This document shows positions 8,661 to 17,150 of a stretch of DNA of 25,149 nucleotides, in pieces (position 1 is the stretch's first letter; each line of letters opens with the position of its first letter). The translations under genes and the position numbers were made by a program. This stretch comes from a virus (Duplodnaviria > Caudoviricetes): positions 1 through 25,149 of IMG/VR virus record IMGVR_UViG_3300005263_000017. One strand, written 5' to 3'. The notes below the pieces were generated by a model. The model saw only the letters and a list, made by a program, of their open reading frames with translations, was not told the DNA's origin and made no database searches.

Positions 8661-8726
8661 TTCCGGTTGTGCCGCGCCCCGGCACAACCGGAACAAATAG
8701 CCCCCGCGCGCGCGGGCCGCCATCAT
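8661..8726 (+). promoter_or_regulatory. Ogr-type late promoter for FI operon
   Basis: Perfect 14-bp inverted repeat 8661-8674/8680-8693 containing TGT-N13-ACA, CGCGCGCGCG tract, CATCAT -10-like at 8721-8726. Confidence 0.8.
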
Positions 8727-8755
8727 GGACTCCAGGCTTTTACAGGAGAGATTCC

Positions 8756-9925
8756 ATGCCCGCTGACTACCACCACGGCGCCCGTGTCACCGAGATCAAC
8801 GAAGGCACCCGCCCCATCCGTGACGCTTCAACCGACGTCGTCGGCCTGATCTGCACCGCTCCCGATGCAGATCCGGTCCGCTTCCCCCTCAATACCCCGG
8901 TTCTTTCCACTGACCTCTACACCGACCTGGGCAAGTCCGGGGATTCGGGTACCCTGGCGCCCAGCCTGGATGCCATCACCGACCAGACCAAGCCGCTGGC
9001 AGTAATCATCCGGGTGGAGGAAGGGGCCACCCCTGCCGAAACCACCAGCAACGTCATCGGCACCGTTACGGCCGATGGCCACAAGACCGGCCTCAAGGCA
9101 CTGTTGGCCGCAGAAAGCCTGGTGGGGGTAAAGCCCCGAATCCTGGGCGCCCCTGGCCTGGATACCTTGGCCGTTGCCACCGAGCTTGCCGGCATCGCCC
9201 AGAAACTGCGCGGCTTCGGCTATGTCTTCTGCAACGGCGCCCAGACCAAGGAAGAGGCCGTCGCCTACCGCGACAACTTCGGCCAGCGTGAGCTGATGTG
9301 TATCTGGCCCGAATTCCTGGCCTGGGACTCCACGACCAATGCGGCCGCCCTGGCCCCTGCCGTTGCCCGGGCATTAGGGATGCGGGCCAAGATCGACAAG
9401 GAAGTCGGCTGGCACAAGACCATTTCCAACATGACGGTGAATGGCGTCTACGGCATCAGCAAGGGTGTGCACTTCGACCTGCAGGACCCGGATACCGACG
9501 CCGGCTACCTCAACGCCAACGAGGTCACCACCCTGGTCCGGCGCGATGGTTTCCGTTTCTGGGGCTCCCGTACCTGCTCCGACGACCCCCTCTTCGCCTT
9601 TGAGAACTACACCCGTACCGCCCAGGTCATGGCAGACACCATGGCCGAGGCGCACATGTGGGCGGTGGACAAGCCCCTCAACCCCAGTCTGGCCCGCGAC
9701 ATCGTCGAAGGTATCAACGCCAAGCTGCGGGAATGGGCCGGCACCTACATCATCGACGGCCAGGCCTGGTACGACGACGAGGTGAACACCAAGGACACCC
9801 TCAAGGCCGGCAAGTTGTACCTGGACTACGACTACACCCCGGTACCGCCCCTGGAGAACCTGATGCTGCGCCAGCGCATCACCGACCGCTACCTGGTCGA
9901 TTTCGCGGCCCGGATGAACGGCTGA
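8756..9925 (+). CDS. FI: Tail sheath protein FI
   Basis: AGGAG RBS; DYHHGARVTEINEGTRPI, KPRILGAPG, GWHKTISN, GFRFWGSRT, DYTPVPPLENL. Confidence 0.96.
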   Translation: MPADYHHGARVTEINEGTRPIRDASTDVVGLICTAPDADPVRFPLNTPVLSTDLYTDLGKSGDSGTLAPSLDAITDQTKPLAVIIRVEEGATPAETTSNVIGTVTADGHKTGLKALLAAESLVGVKPRILGAPGLDTLAVATELAGIAQKLRGFGYVFCNGAQTKEEAVAYRDNFGQRELMCIWPEFLAWDSTTNAAALAPAVARALGMRAKIDKEVGWHKTISNMTVNGVYGISKGVHFDLQDPDTDAGYLNANEVTTLVRRDGFRFWGSRTCSDDPLFAFENYTRTAQVMADTMAEAHMWAVDKPLNPSLARDIVEGINAKLREWAGTYIIDGQAWYDDEVNTKDTLKAGKLYLDYDYTPVPPLENLMLRQRITDRYLVDFAARMNG

Positions 9926-9955
9926 CCCAACCCGACACAGACATAGGAGAACGCC

Positions 9956-10468
9956 ATGGGCATGCCCTCGGTACTCAAGCATTTCAACCTGTTCAATGAA
10001 GCCCGCTCCTACCAGGGCGAGGTCAAGAAGCTGAAGCTCCCCAAGCTGACCCGCAAGATGGAGGACTACCGCGGCGGCGGCATGGGTGGCCCGGTCAAGA
10101 TCGACATGGGCCAGGAGATCATCGAACTGGAGCACACCTACGGTGGCCTGGTCCCCGATATTCTCAAGCAGTACGGCACCACCAAGGCGGCCGGCCTGGG
10201 CCTGCGCTTTGCCGGCAGCTACGAGGACGACGGCACCGGCACGGTTCGGGCCGTGGAGATCATCGTGCGGGGCCGCCATGAAGAAATCGACATGGGCGAC
10301 GCCGAGGGCGGGGCCATGAGCGAAACCGTCGTCAAGACCACCTGCTCCTACTTCAAGCTTTCCATCGACAACCAGGAGGTGATCGAGATCGACCAGATCA
10401 ACGGCATCTTCAAGGTGAACGGCGTGGACCTGATGGAAGCCCACCGCAAGGCCATCGGCCTGGCCTGA
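9956..10468 (+). CDS. FII: Tail tube protein FII
   Basis: LPKLTRKMEDYRGGGMGG, LRFAGSY, RGRHEEIDMG, ends HRKAIGL. Confidence 0.96.
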   Translation: MGMPSVLKHFNLFNEARSYQGEVKKLKLPKLTRKMEDYRGGGMGGPVKIDMGQEIIELEHTYGGLVPDILKQYGTTKAAGLGLRFAGSYEDDGTGTVRAVEIIVRGRHEEIDMGDAEGGAMSETVVKTTCSYFKLSIDNQEVIEIDQINGIFKVNGVDLMEAHRKAIGLA

Positions 10469-10580
10469 CCGCATAACCCACCGTGAGACATGGCCAGCGC
10501 CGCCCCGGCCGGCGCTGGCGGAAGCAAAGCCGCCCGCCGCCGGGATCCTGGCGGGCTGAAAGACTACCGAGGAGAAAACC

Positions 10581-10874
10581 ATGAGCACCCCCGACGAAAT
10601 CGTCCCCCTGGACACCCCCATCAAGATGGGCGAAACCGAGATCACCTCCGTTTCCGTACGCAAGCCCGGTGCCGGCGAGCTGCGCGGCATCAAGCTGCGC
10701 GACCTGCTGGATCTCGACGTGGATTCCCTCATCAAGGTGCTGCCCCGGGTCACCACCCCGACCCTGCCGGCGGCCATTGTCGCCACTATCGACCCCGCCG
10801 ACCTCACCGCCATTGGCTCGAAGGTGGCCGGTTTTTTGGTCCCGAAAGCGCTGCGGCAGAGCGGGACGGAATAA
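10581..10874 (+). CDS. E: Tail assembly chaperone gpE
   Basis: LDTPIK.G, RKP.AGELRG, LPRVT.P.L, DPADL; GGAG RBS. Confidence 0.93.
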   Translation: MSTPDEIVPLDTPIKMGETEITSVSVRKPGAGELRGIKLRDLLDLDVDSLIKVLPRVTTPTLPAAIVATIDPADLTAIGSKVAGFLVPKALRQSGTE

Positions 10875-11023
10875 AGATTCCCGACTCGGTGGATGACGCC
10901 ATGGCCGATCTGGCCGTGGTCTTCCACTGGGGGCCGGCCGATATGGACCCCATGAGCCTGTCTGAGCTGGCCGGCTGGAGAGAAAAAGCCAGAGTCCGCC
11001 ACGAACCCCCTGAAAAGTCCTGA
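10581..11023 (+). CDS. gpE+E' extended chaperone via -1 programmed frameshift at TTTTTTG (10832-10838)
   Basis: P2-type T6G slippery site; the -1 frame is open to 11023 and encodes MADLAVVFHWGP..MD.M.L.EL..WR.KA, the E' motif. Confidence 0.88.
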
Positions 11024-11025
11024 CC

Positions 11026-13539
11026 ATGAGCCAGAAACTCGCCCTAAAAGTCCTGTTCGACGGGGTGGACAAGCTGACCAAGCCCCTCAAGGCCATCGGC
11101 GGCGGCAGCAACGAAGCCGCCAAGGCACTCAAGGCCACCCGGGACCAGCTCAAAGCCTTCAACGACGAGCAGAAGCGCATCGACGCCTTCCGCGCCACGG
11201 CCAAGAACCTGGCCATCCAGCGCCAGGAGCTGGACAAGGTACAGGAGCGGGTCAAGGGTCTGGCGGCGGAAATGAAGGCCACCACCACCCCCAGCCGTGA
11301 GCTGCAGCGGGCCTGGAAGGAAGCCACCACCGACGCCAACAACCTCAAGGGCGCCATCAGCCGGCTGCAGGAGAAGCAGCAGGCCCTGCGCTCCGAGCTG
11401 TCGGCCAACGGGGCGGACACCCACAAGCTGGCCGGCTACCAGCGGGACCTGAAGGCCAAGATCGCCGCCACCACGGCGGAATTCGACAAGCAGCGCCTGG
11501 CCCTGGACCAGCACAACAAGCGCATGAGCGCCCTCAACGGCGCCCGCTCCCAGTACGACCAGCGCATTGCCACCCGGGACAAGCTGGCCGGCGCCGGCAT
11601 TGCCCTGGGCGCGGCCGGCGGTGCCGTGGGCCTGCCGGTGCTGGGCGCCGTCAAGCAATACGCCAGCTTCGAGGACGCCATGCTGGGCGTGGCCCGCCAG
11701 GTGGATGGGGCCCGGGATGCCAACGGCCAGCTCACCAAGACCTATTACGAGATGGGCGACTCCATCAAGGCCATGGCAGAGCGCATCCCCATGGCGACGA
11801 CGGAAATCGCCGCCATCGTCGAAGCCGGCGCCCGCATGGGCATCCAGGGCCAGCAGAACCTGCTGACCTTCGCCGAGACCACGGCCGTCACCGCCACCGC
11901 CTTCGACCTTCCGGTAGATCAGGTCGGGGAGCAGATGGGCAAGCTCTCCCAGCTCTACAAGGTGCCGATCAAGGACATCAAGAGCCTGGGCGACACCATC
12001 AACTGGCTGGACGACAATTCCGTTTCAAATGGCGGCGACATCATCGACGTCATGCAGCGCATCGCCGGTGCGGCCGACAGCCTCAACATGAGCTACAAGG
12101 ACGCCGCGGCCCTGGGCTCCACCTTCCTTTCCCTCGGCGCCAAGGCAGAGGTGGCGGCCAGCGCCTCCAATGCCATGATGCGGGAGCTTTCCATCGCCAC
12201 CATGCAGAGCAAGCGCTTCCAGGGCGGCATGGACATGCTCAAGCTCTCGGCCAAGGACATCCAGCTGGGCATGAGCAAGGACGCCACCGGCACCATCCTC
12301 AAAGTGCTGGACGCCATCAAGGCCCTGCCCCAGGAAAAGCAGCTGGAAGCCGCCACCCGCCTCTTTGGCAAGGAATTCGGCGACGACGCCGCCAAGCTGG
12401 CGGGCAACCTGAGCGAGTACCGTAAGCAACTAGCGCTGGTGAACGACGAAAAGGCCAAGGGCTCCATGGACCGGGAGGCAGCCGCCCGGGCCGCCGCCCT
12501 CTCCGCCCAGTACCAGATGACCCAGAACAAGGTTTTCAACCTGGGGGCTGAGCTGGGCGAGACTTTGAAGCCCGCCCTGGTGGACGTGATGAAGAGCTTC
12601 GGGGAGGTGCTGGCCGGCGTCCGCGACTTTGCCCGGGAGCACCCCCAGCTCACCGCCGGGCTGATGAAGGGCGCGGCCGTGCTGGCCGTAGTGCTCACGG
12701 TGCTCGGCGCCATCGCCATGGGCATGGCGGCCGTGTTGGGGCCCATCGCCATGTTCCGCTACGGCATTTCCCTGCTCGGGATCCAGGGCGGCAGCGCCAT
12801 GGCCGGGCTGGCGGGTCGCATCTGGGGGGTGATCTCCCCCATCGGCAAGCTGATCGCCGCCTTCTCCCTGGGCTACACCGTGGGCGGCTACCTCAACGAC
12901 GGCATCAACAAGCTCATTTCCTCGATCATGGGCTATGAGACGACCCTGGGCGGCGCCATCTTCGACCTGCAGCAGAAGCTGGCTGGCGGCTTCGGCCAGG
13001 TGCTGGACTGGTTCACCACCCTGCCCGCCCGCATGACCCAGGCCGGCATCGACATGATCGGCGGATTTATCCAGGGCATTCAGCAGCGCTGGTCCGACCT
13101 CAAGGCCACCGTCACCGGCGTGGCCGATTCCAGCGTGGCATGGATCAAGGAAAGGCTTGGCATCCACAGCCCCTCCCGGGTCTTCGCCGAGCTTGGCGGC
13201 TTCACCATGCAGGGCTTCGAGCAGGGCATCGCCGGCGGCCAGGATGGCCCGCTCAATGCCGTCTCCGGCATGGCCCGGCAGCTGGCCGCCATTGGCGCCG
13301 GCATCACCCTGGGCGGAGCGGCCATGGCCGGGGGCATGCCGCTGGATACCCGGGCGCCGCTGAGGGCCGCCGCCGGAGCCGGTGCTGGCGGCGGTGGCAT
13401 CGTCATCCAGCAGCTCATCATCCAGGGCGCACCGGGGCAAAGCGTTGACGACATCCAGCTCCGAGTGGAGCGGGCCCTGGAGAACATCATGGCCCGGCAG
13501 GCGACCCGCAGCCGTTCCAGCCTGCGGGATCGGGATTAA
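11026..13539 (+). CDS. T: Tail tape measure protein
   Basis: 837 aa, Ala/Gly-rich helical; VDKLTKPLK N-terminus, FEDAM..V core, LGIHSPSRVF; between E' and U. Confidence 0.95.
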   Translation: MSQKLALKVLFDGVDKLTKPLKAIGGGSNEAAKALKATRDQLKAFNDEQKRIDAFRATAKNLAIQRQELDKVQERVKGLAAEMKATTTPSRELQRAWKEATTDANNLKGAISRLQEKQQALRSELSANGADTHKLAGYQRDLKAKIAATTAEFDKQRLALDQHNKRMSALNGARSQYDQRIATRDKLAGAGIALGAAGGAVGLPVLGAVKQYASFEDAMLGVARQVDGARDANGQLTKTYYEMGDSIKAMAERIPMATTEIAAIVEAGARMGIQGQQNLLTFAETTAVTATAFDLPVDQVGEQMGKLSQLYKVPIKDIKSLGDTINWLDDNSVSNGGDIIDVMQRIAGAADSLNMSYKDAAALGSTFLSLGAKAEVAASASNAMMRELSIATMQSKRFQGGMDMLKLSAKDIQLGMSKDATGTILKVLDAIKALPQEKQLEAATRLFGKEFGDDAAKLAGNLSEYRKQLALVNDEKAKGSMDREAAARAAALSAQYQMTQNKVFNLGAELGETLKPALVDVMKSFGEVLAGVRDFAREHPQLTAGLMKGAAVLAVVLTVLGAIAMGMAAVLGPIAMFRYGISLLGIQGGSAMAGLAGRIWGVISPIGKLIAAFSLGYTVGGYLNDGINKLISSIMGYETTLGGAIFDLQQKLAGGFGQVLDWFTTLPARMTQAGIDMIGGFIQGIQQRWSDLKATVTGVADSSVAWIKERLGIHSPSRVFAELGGFTMQGFEQGIAGGQDGPLNAVSGMARQLAAIGAGITLGGAAMAGGMPLDTRAPLRAAAGAGAGGGGIVIQQLIIQGAPGQSVDDIQLRVERALENIMARQATRSRSSLRDRD

Positions 13540-13542
13540 GCC

Positions 13543-13998
13543 ATGTTCGGCATCAACACCCCCATCTCCAGCATGATGGCCCTGGGCCTCTTCGTGTTCG
13601 CCCTCGATACGGTGCCATACCAGCAGCTGCAGCGCTCCGTGGCCTGGCGCCACCCGTCATCCAGCCGCGTCGGCAAGCGGCCGGCCCGCCAGTTCGCCGG
13701 CCAGGGCGATGAAACCATCACCCTCACCGGCGTGCTCTACCCGGAGCTGACCGGCGGCACCGTCTCCCTGGCAACCCTGGAGGCCCTGGCCAACACCGGC
13801 AAGGCCTGGCCCCTGCTCGAGGGCACCGGCCGCTTCTTCGGCATGTTCGTGGTGGAGGACTTCTCCGAGACCCGCTCCTTCTTCTTCGGCGACGGGGCCG
13901 CCCGCAAGATCGAGTTCTCCCTCAAGCTCACCCGGGTGGACGACCGGGACATCAACCTGATGGGCGCCGCCAGCGACGCCCTGGCCGCCATCCTATGA
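13543..13998 (+). CDS. U: Tail protein gpU (start may be 13573)
   Basis: MMALGLFVF, PYQQLQR, ETITLTGVLYPELTGG, GKAWPL.EGTG, ARKIEF.L.L.RVD. Confidence 0.94.
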   Translation: MFGINTPISSMMALGLFVFALDTVPYQQLQRSVAWRHPSSSRVGKRPARQFAGQGDETITLTGVLYPELTGGTVSLATLEALANTGKAWPLLEGTGRFFGMFVVEDFSETRSFFFGDGAARKIEFSLKLTRVDDRDINLMGAASDALAAIL

Positions 13999-15350
13999 GC
14001 GCCGGCGAGTCCCTGCAGAAGCTCCTGCAGGAGCACCCCATGCCCAAGGTGGCCATCACCGTGGATGGGGTGGACATCTCCGGCGACGTTGCCGACCGGC
14101 TAATTGACCTCAACCTCACCGACAACCGGGGGTTCGAAGCCGACACCCTGGAAATCCGCCTGGACGACAGCGACGGCCGCCTGGCCATCCCGCCCCTGGG
14201 CGCCGAGGTGGCCGTGGCCCTGGGTTGGGACGGCCAGCCCCTGGTGGACAAGGGCACCTTCACGGTGGACGAGGCCAGCCATGAAGGAACCCCGGACACC
14301 CTCACCATCACGGCCCGGAGCGCCGACCTGCGCAGCGGCATCGCCACCCAGCGGGAGCGCAGCTTCCACGGCAAGACCGTAGGCGACATCGTGCGCATCA
14401 TCGCCGGCGAGAATGAGCTGGCGGCCATGGTGGCAGAAGGCATCGCCAACCAGGTCATCGACCACATCGACCAGACCAACGAGAGCAGCGCCAACTTCCT
14501 CACCCGCCTGGCGGACCTGTTCGACGCCGTGGCCACCGTCAAGCGCGGCAAGTTGCTCTTCATGCCGGCGGCCAGCGGGCTGTCGGTAAGCGGCAAGCCC
14601 CTGGGAAAGGTCAAGATCACCCGGGAAGACGGTGACCGCCACCGCTTCAACCAGGCGGACCGCAACAGCTACACTGCCGTCAAGGCGACCTACAACGACC
14701 TGGGCCGGGCAGAAAAAGGCGAGGTGATCTGGGGCAAGGAAGAAGACGCCGCCGAGCAGGGCGATGCAGAAGAGGCCACCCCGCCGGCCGCCACCGGCAC
14801 CTTCAAGCCGGCCAGCAAGACCAGCAGCACCCGTGCCCGGGCCCTGCGCCTGGCCCGCAAGGAATGGAAGGCCATCAAGAGCGCCGCCGAGCGGGCCAAG
14901 TTCGACGGCGTGCGGGCCCCGTACAACGACAAGAACCTGGAGGCCGCCGGCGAGGTCACCTGGGGCAAGGCCGAAGAAGACAAGGCCCGGGCCACCGCCC
15001 GGCGCCAGGCCAGGAAGGACGCCGCCAAGCTGGAAGACGGCGCGGCCATCGCCCCAAGCACCGACAGCATGAAGACCCTGCGCCATGTCTATGCCAGCAA
15101 GGCCGCCGCTACCCGGGCGGCCCGCACCGAATACCGCCGCCTGAAGCGCGGCATGGCCACCTTCAACCTCACCCTGGCCCGGGGCCGGCCCGAGCTGATC
15201 GCCGATCTGCCGGCCACCCTCAGCGGCTGGAAGCCCCAGATCGACAACACCGAGTGGGTCACCGTCCGGGTGGTGCACAACATCACCGGCGACGGCGGCT
15301 ACACCATGCCGGTGGAGTTCGAGATCAAGGCCACCGAGCTGCCGGAGTGA
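13995..15350 (+). CDS. D: Baseplate hub / late control D protein with internal duplication
   Basis: LTDNRGFEADTL, KGTF.VDE..H.G.PD, HIDQTNES...FL.RLA, LARGRPEL, GWKPQID. Confidence 0.93.
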   Translation: MSAGESLQKLLQEHPMPKVAITVDGVDISGDVADRLIDLNLTDNRGFEADTLEIRLDDSDGRLAIPPLGAEVAVALGWDGQPLVDKGTFTVDEASHEGTPDTLTITARSADLRSGIATQRERSFHGKTVGDIVRIIAGENELAAMVAEGIANQVIDHIDQTNESSANFLTRLADLFDAVATVKRGKLLFMPAASGLSVSGKPLGKVKITREDGDRHRFNQADRNSYTAVKATYNDLGRAEKGEVIWGKEEDAAEQGDAEEATPPAATGTFKPASKTSSTRARALRLARKEWKAIKSAAERAKFDGVRAPYNDKNLEAAGEVTWGKAEEDKARATARRQARKDAAKLEDGAAIAPSTDSMKTLRHVYASKAAATRAARTEYRRLKRGMATFNLTLARGRPELIADLPATLSGWKPQIDNTEWVTVRVVHNITGDGGYTMPVEFEIKATELPE

Positions 15351-15401
15351 ATACACACCAATACACAAAGTCGTTGACGATTGTGTATTGGTGTGTATAA
15401 T
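15351..15401 (+). promoter_or_regulatory. sigma70 promoter of hicA embedded in an 18-bp perfect inverted repeat (probable HicB operator)
   Basis: ATACACACCAATACACAA (15351-15368) / TTGTGTATTGGTGTGTAT (15381-15398); TTGACG 15374-15379, 16-nt spacer, TATAAT 15396-15401. Confidence 0.85.
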
Positions 15402-15431
15402 ACATTCCAAGCAACCGGGAAAGGAGTCGGA

Positions 15432-15620
15432 ATGAATTCGACAAAGCTAATCCGGATGCTGGAAGAAGATGGTTGGGAGTTAGATCGCTGCAACGGAACT
15501 AGCCATCATGTCTTCAAACACCCGACTAAAACAGAGTTTCACCTTTCAATACCTCATCCGAGGAAGGATCTGCCAGTCGGACTTGTTAACAGCATCTTGA
15601 AGAAGGCCGGGCTCAAGTGA
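15432..15620 (+). CDS. hicA: HicA-family toxin (dsRBD-like mRNA interferase), 62 aa
   Basis: AAGGAG RBS; LIRMLEEDGW...GTSHHVFKHP...IPHPRKDLPVG...SILKKAGL. Confidence 0.93.
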   Translation: MNSTKLIRMLEEDGWELDRCNGTSHHVFKHPTKTEFHLSIPHPRKDLPVGLVNSILKKAGLK

Positions 15621-15632
15621 GCCCGGCTTTTT
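15606..15632 (+). terminator. Intrinsic terminator-like hairpin overlapping hicA stop
   Basis: GCCGGGCTC-AAGT-GAGCCCGGC followed by TTTTT. Confidence 0.7.
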
Positions 15633-15717
15633 CACCGATTGCGTTATCAATGCAACATACAACAAATACATATTTGATAGTCGAGCAACCACGAAAGTGT
15701 TAAGCAAGGAGAAAACC

Positions 15718-16116
15718 ATGGAATTTCCCATCGCTATCCTCAAGGACGATGGGAGCGTCTACGGGGTGATTATTCCGGATATTCCCGGATGCTACTCTTG
15801 GGGCGATACCATCATTGATGCTATCCGCAACGCGAAGGACGCTATTTACAGCCACATTGAATCACTGCTGGAGGCAGGTAAATCTGCTGGTTTTAAAGCG
15901 TCCAACGTAGACGATCTCACCGGAAATGAAGAATACGCCGGAGCAATTTGGGCACTGGTTGATGTTGATCTTTCCGAACTCGATCCGAAACCTGAGCGAG
16001 TCAATATCAGTCTTCCAAAGTTTGTTCTCCGTCGTATAGACGAATACACCAAGACACACCATGAAACTCGAAGTGGCTTTTTAGCAAGGGCCGCCATGAC
16101 TGCACTGGCCTCATAA
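15718..16116 (+). CDS. hicB: HicB-family antitoxin with C-terminal RHH, 132 aa
   Basis: YGVIIPDIPGCYSWGDT..DA..NA.DA; RVNISLP...L.RID......TRSGFLARAA. Confidence 0.94.
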   Translation: MEFPIAILKDDGSVYGVIIPDIPGCYSWGDTIIDAIRNAKDAIYSHIESLLEAGKSAGFKASNVDDLTGNEEYAGAIWALVDVDLSELDPKPERVNISLPKFVLRRIDEYTKTHHETRSGFLARAAMTALAS

Positions 16117-16124
16117 GCTCACAC

Positions 16125-16153
16125 AAAAAAACCCGCCTTTCGGCGGGTTTTTT
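16125..16153. terminator. Bidirectional intrinsic terminator
   Basis: A7-CCCGCC-TTTC-GGCGGG-T6 between convergent hicB and the membrane-protein gene. Confidence 0.92.
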
Positions 16154-16163
16154 CATTTCACGC

Positions 16164-16565
16164 TCAGTAGCGATAGCTGTTACTACACTTATTCAGGAAG
16201 AACCCGGCGCCAGAAAACAGCGCTAACAATACCCCTGCGCGAAACCATTTTCCATTCCACCACGGGGCCTCTTCTTGAAGCCAATACTCAACTGCTTGCC
16301 CACCCATGGCGATGCTATCCATAGCAGGGAACCAAGCCATGTACATGAATGCCGCGGTGAGACACAGCATCACGGGCCAGCAGGGATTCAGCATCTTGTA
16401 GATGCCATAGAGCAAGCCAGCGGCTACCGCTGAATAGATGATGCTCTGAAGTGTTGACTCGAAATCTGCACCGATTTTTCGTGACAACACAAACACAAAC
16501 AACAAGAACCCGCCGAGTACGACAACAAAAGCCCAGAACCAAAAATCATCATCACTATTCGCCAT
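16164..16565 (-). CDS. Uncharacterised Trp-rich membrane protein (~4 TM, 133 aa)
   Basis: GGGAGG RBS before ATG 16565; four hydrophobic segments; ends at the bidirectional terminator. Confidence 0.8.
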   Translation of the reverse strand: MANSDDDFWFWAFVVVLGGFLLFVFVLSRKIGADFESTLQSIIYSAVAAGLLYGIYKMLNPCWPVMLCLTAAFMYMAWFPAMDSIAMGGQAVEYWLQEEAPWWNGKWFRAGVLLALFSGAGFFLNKCSNSYRY

Positions 16566-16668
16566 ATGTCCTCCCATATATAAAGACGTATGGTGGTCAA
16601 CGAAATGACAATGCATTTGGATGACATAAATCCCCAGTTTTAGTGAGTAACCCTGTGGATAACCCAAC

Positions 16669-16701
16669 AAAAAGCCCGTCACTCCTGGGGAATGACGGGC
16701 T
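16669..16701 (-). terminator. Probable intrinsic terminator after DUF2513-like gene
   Basis: AGCCCGTCA (16673-16681) / TGACGGGCT (16693-16701) stem with a T-run on the minus strand. Confidence 0.65.
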
Positions 16702-16719
16702 GCTTTGTTTTTGTGCAGT

Positions 16720-17133
16720 TCAACCGATGAGCTGCTTTAGCGCAAACGCTCCAAGCGACTTGATGGTATCGAAGGTGAGTTCAATACCTTTGCTCTTGGC
16801 CGTCGACTTGATGGTCTCCCAGACCGGCGACGAACGCATGGTGTCCAACAGGTCATGTCCGGCCATCGTCAGCCTAGAGCTACTGCGGCTCACAGCAAAG
16901 CTTCCGTCAAGTGATCGAACCACTTGGACGCCCTTGACGTAACCGTTGTCGACAAGCATTTCAAGGTGGCCAAGGATTCTGTCCTCGACCTTACGGTAAG
17001 CCTCATATCGCTCGTTGTACTCCCGCTCTGTCTCGTCACCCCACTTCGGCTCCGGCGGAATATCGGCAAGGTAGTTTTTCTCTTCCTCAATCTCGGTCAG
17101 AAGCTTTCGGATCAGGTCCCAGTCTCTTTTCAT
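16720..17133 (-). CDS. DUF2513-like protein (predicted winged helix), 137 aa
   Basis: MKRDWDLIRKLL.EIE, HLEML.D.G.V.G, RLTMAGHDLLDTMR...VWE.IK; GAGGGG RBS. Confidence 0.82.
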   Translation of the reverse strand: MKRDWDLIRKLLTEIEEEKNYLADIPPEPKWGDETEREYNERYEAYRKVEDRILGHLEMLVDNGYVKGVQVVRSLDGSFAVSRSSSRLTMAGHDLLDTMRSSPVWETIKSTAKSKGIELTFDTIKSLGAFALKQLIG

Positions 17134-17150
17134 GTTCAATATCCCCTCAT

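Noticed and set aside
8661-8693. 14-bp inverted repeat as a simple intrinsic terminator
   Set aside because: No U-tract on the + strand and it shares core and spacing with the V promoter; a secondary RNA-hairpin role is not excluded
15351-15398. ATACAC repeats as CRISPR, IS end or att site
   Set aside because: Single dyad, no spacers, no transposase or integrase nearby; coincides with the hicA promoter
9374-15410. Long minus-strand ORFs (9374..11002, 12430..13653, 14100..15410) and similar ones elsewhere
   Set aside because: Antisense shadows of high-GC3 genes; no motifs; fully overlap well-supported tail genes
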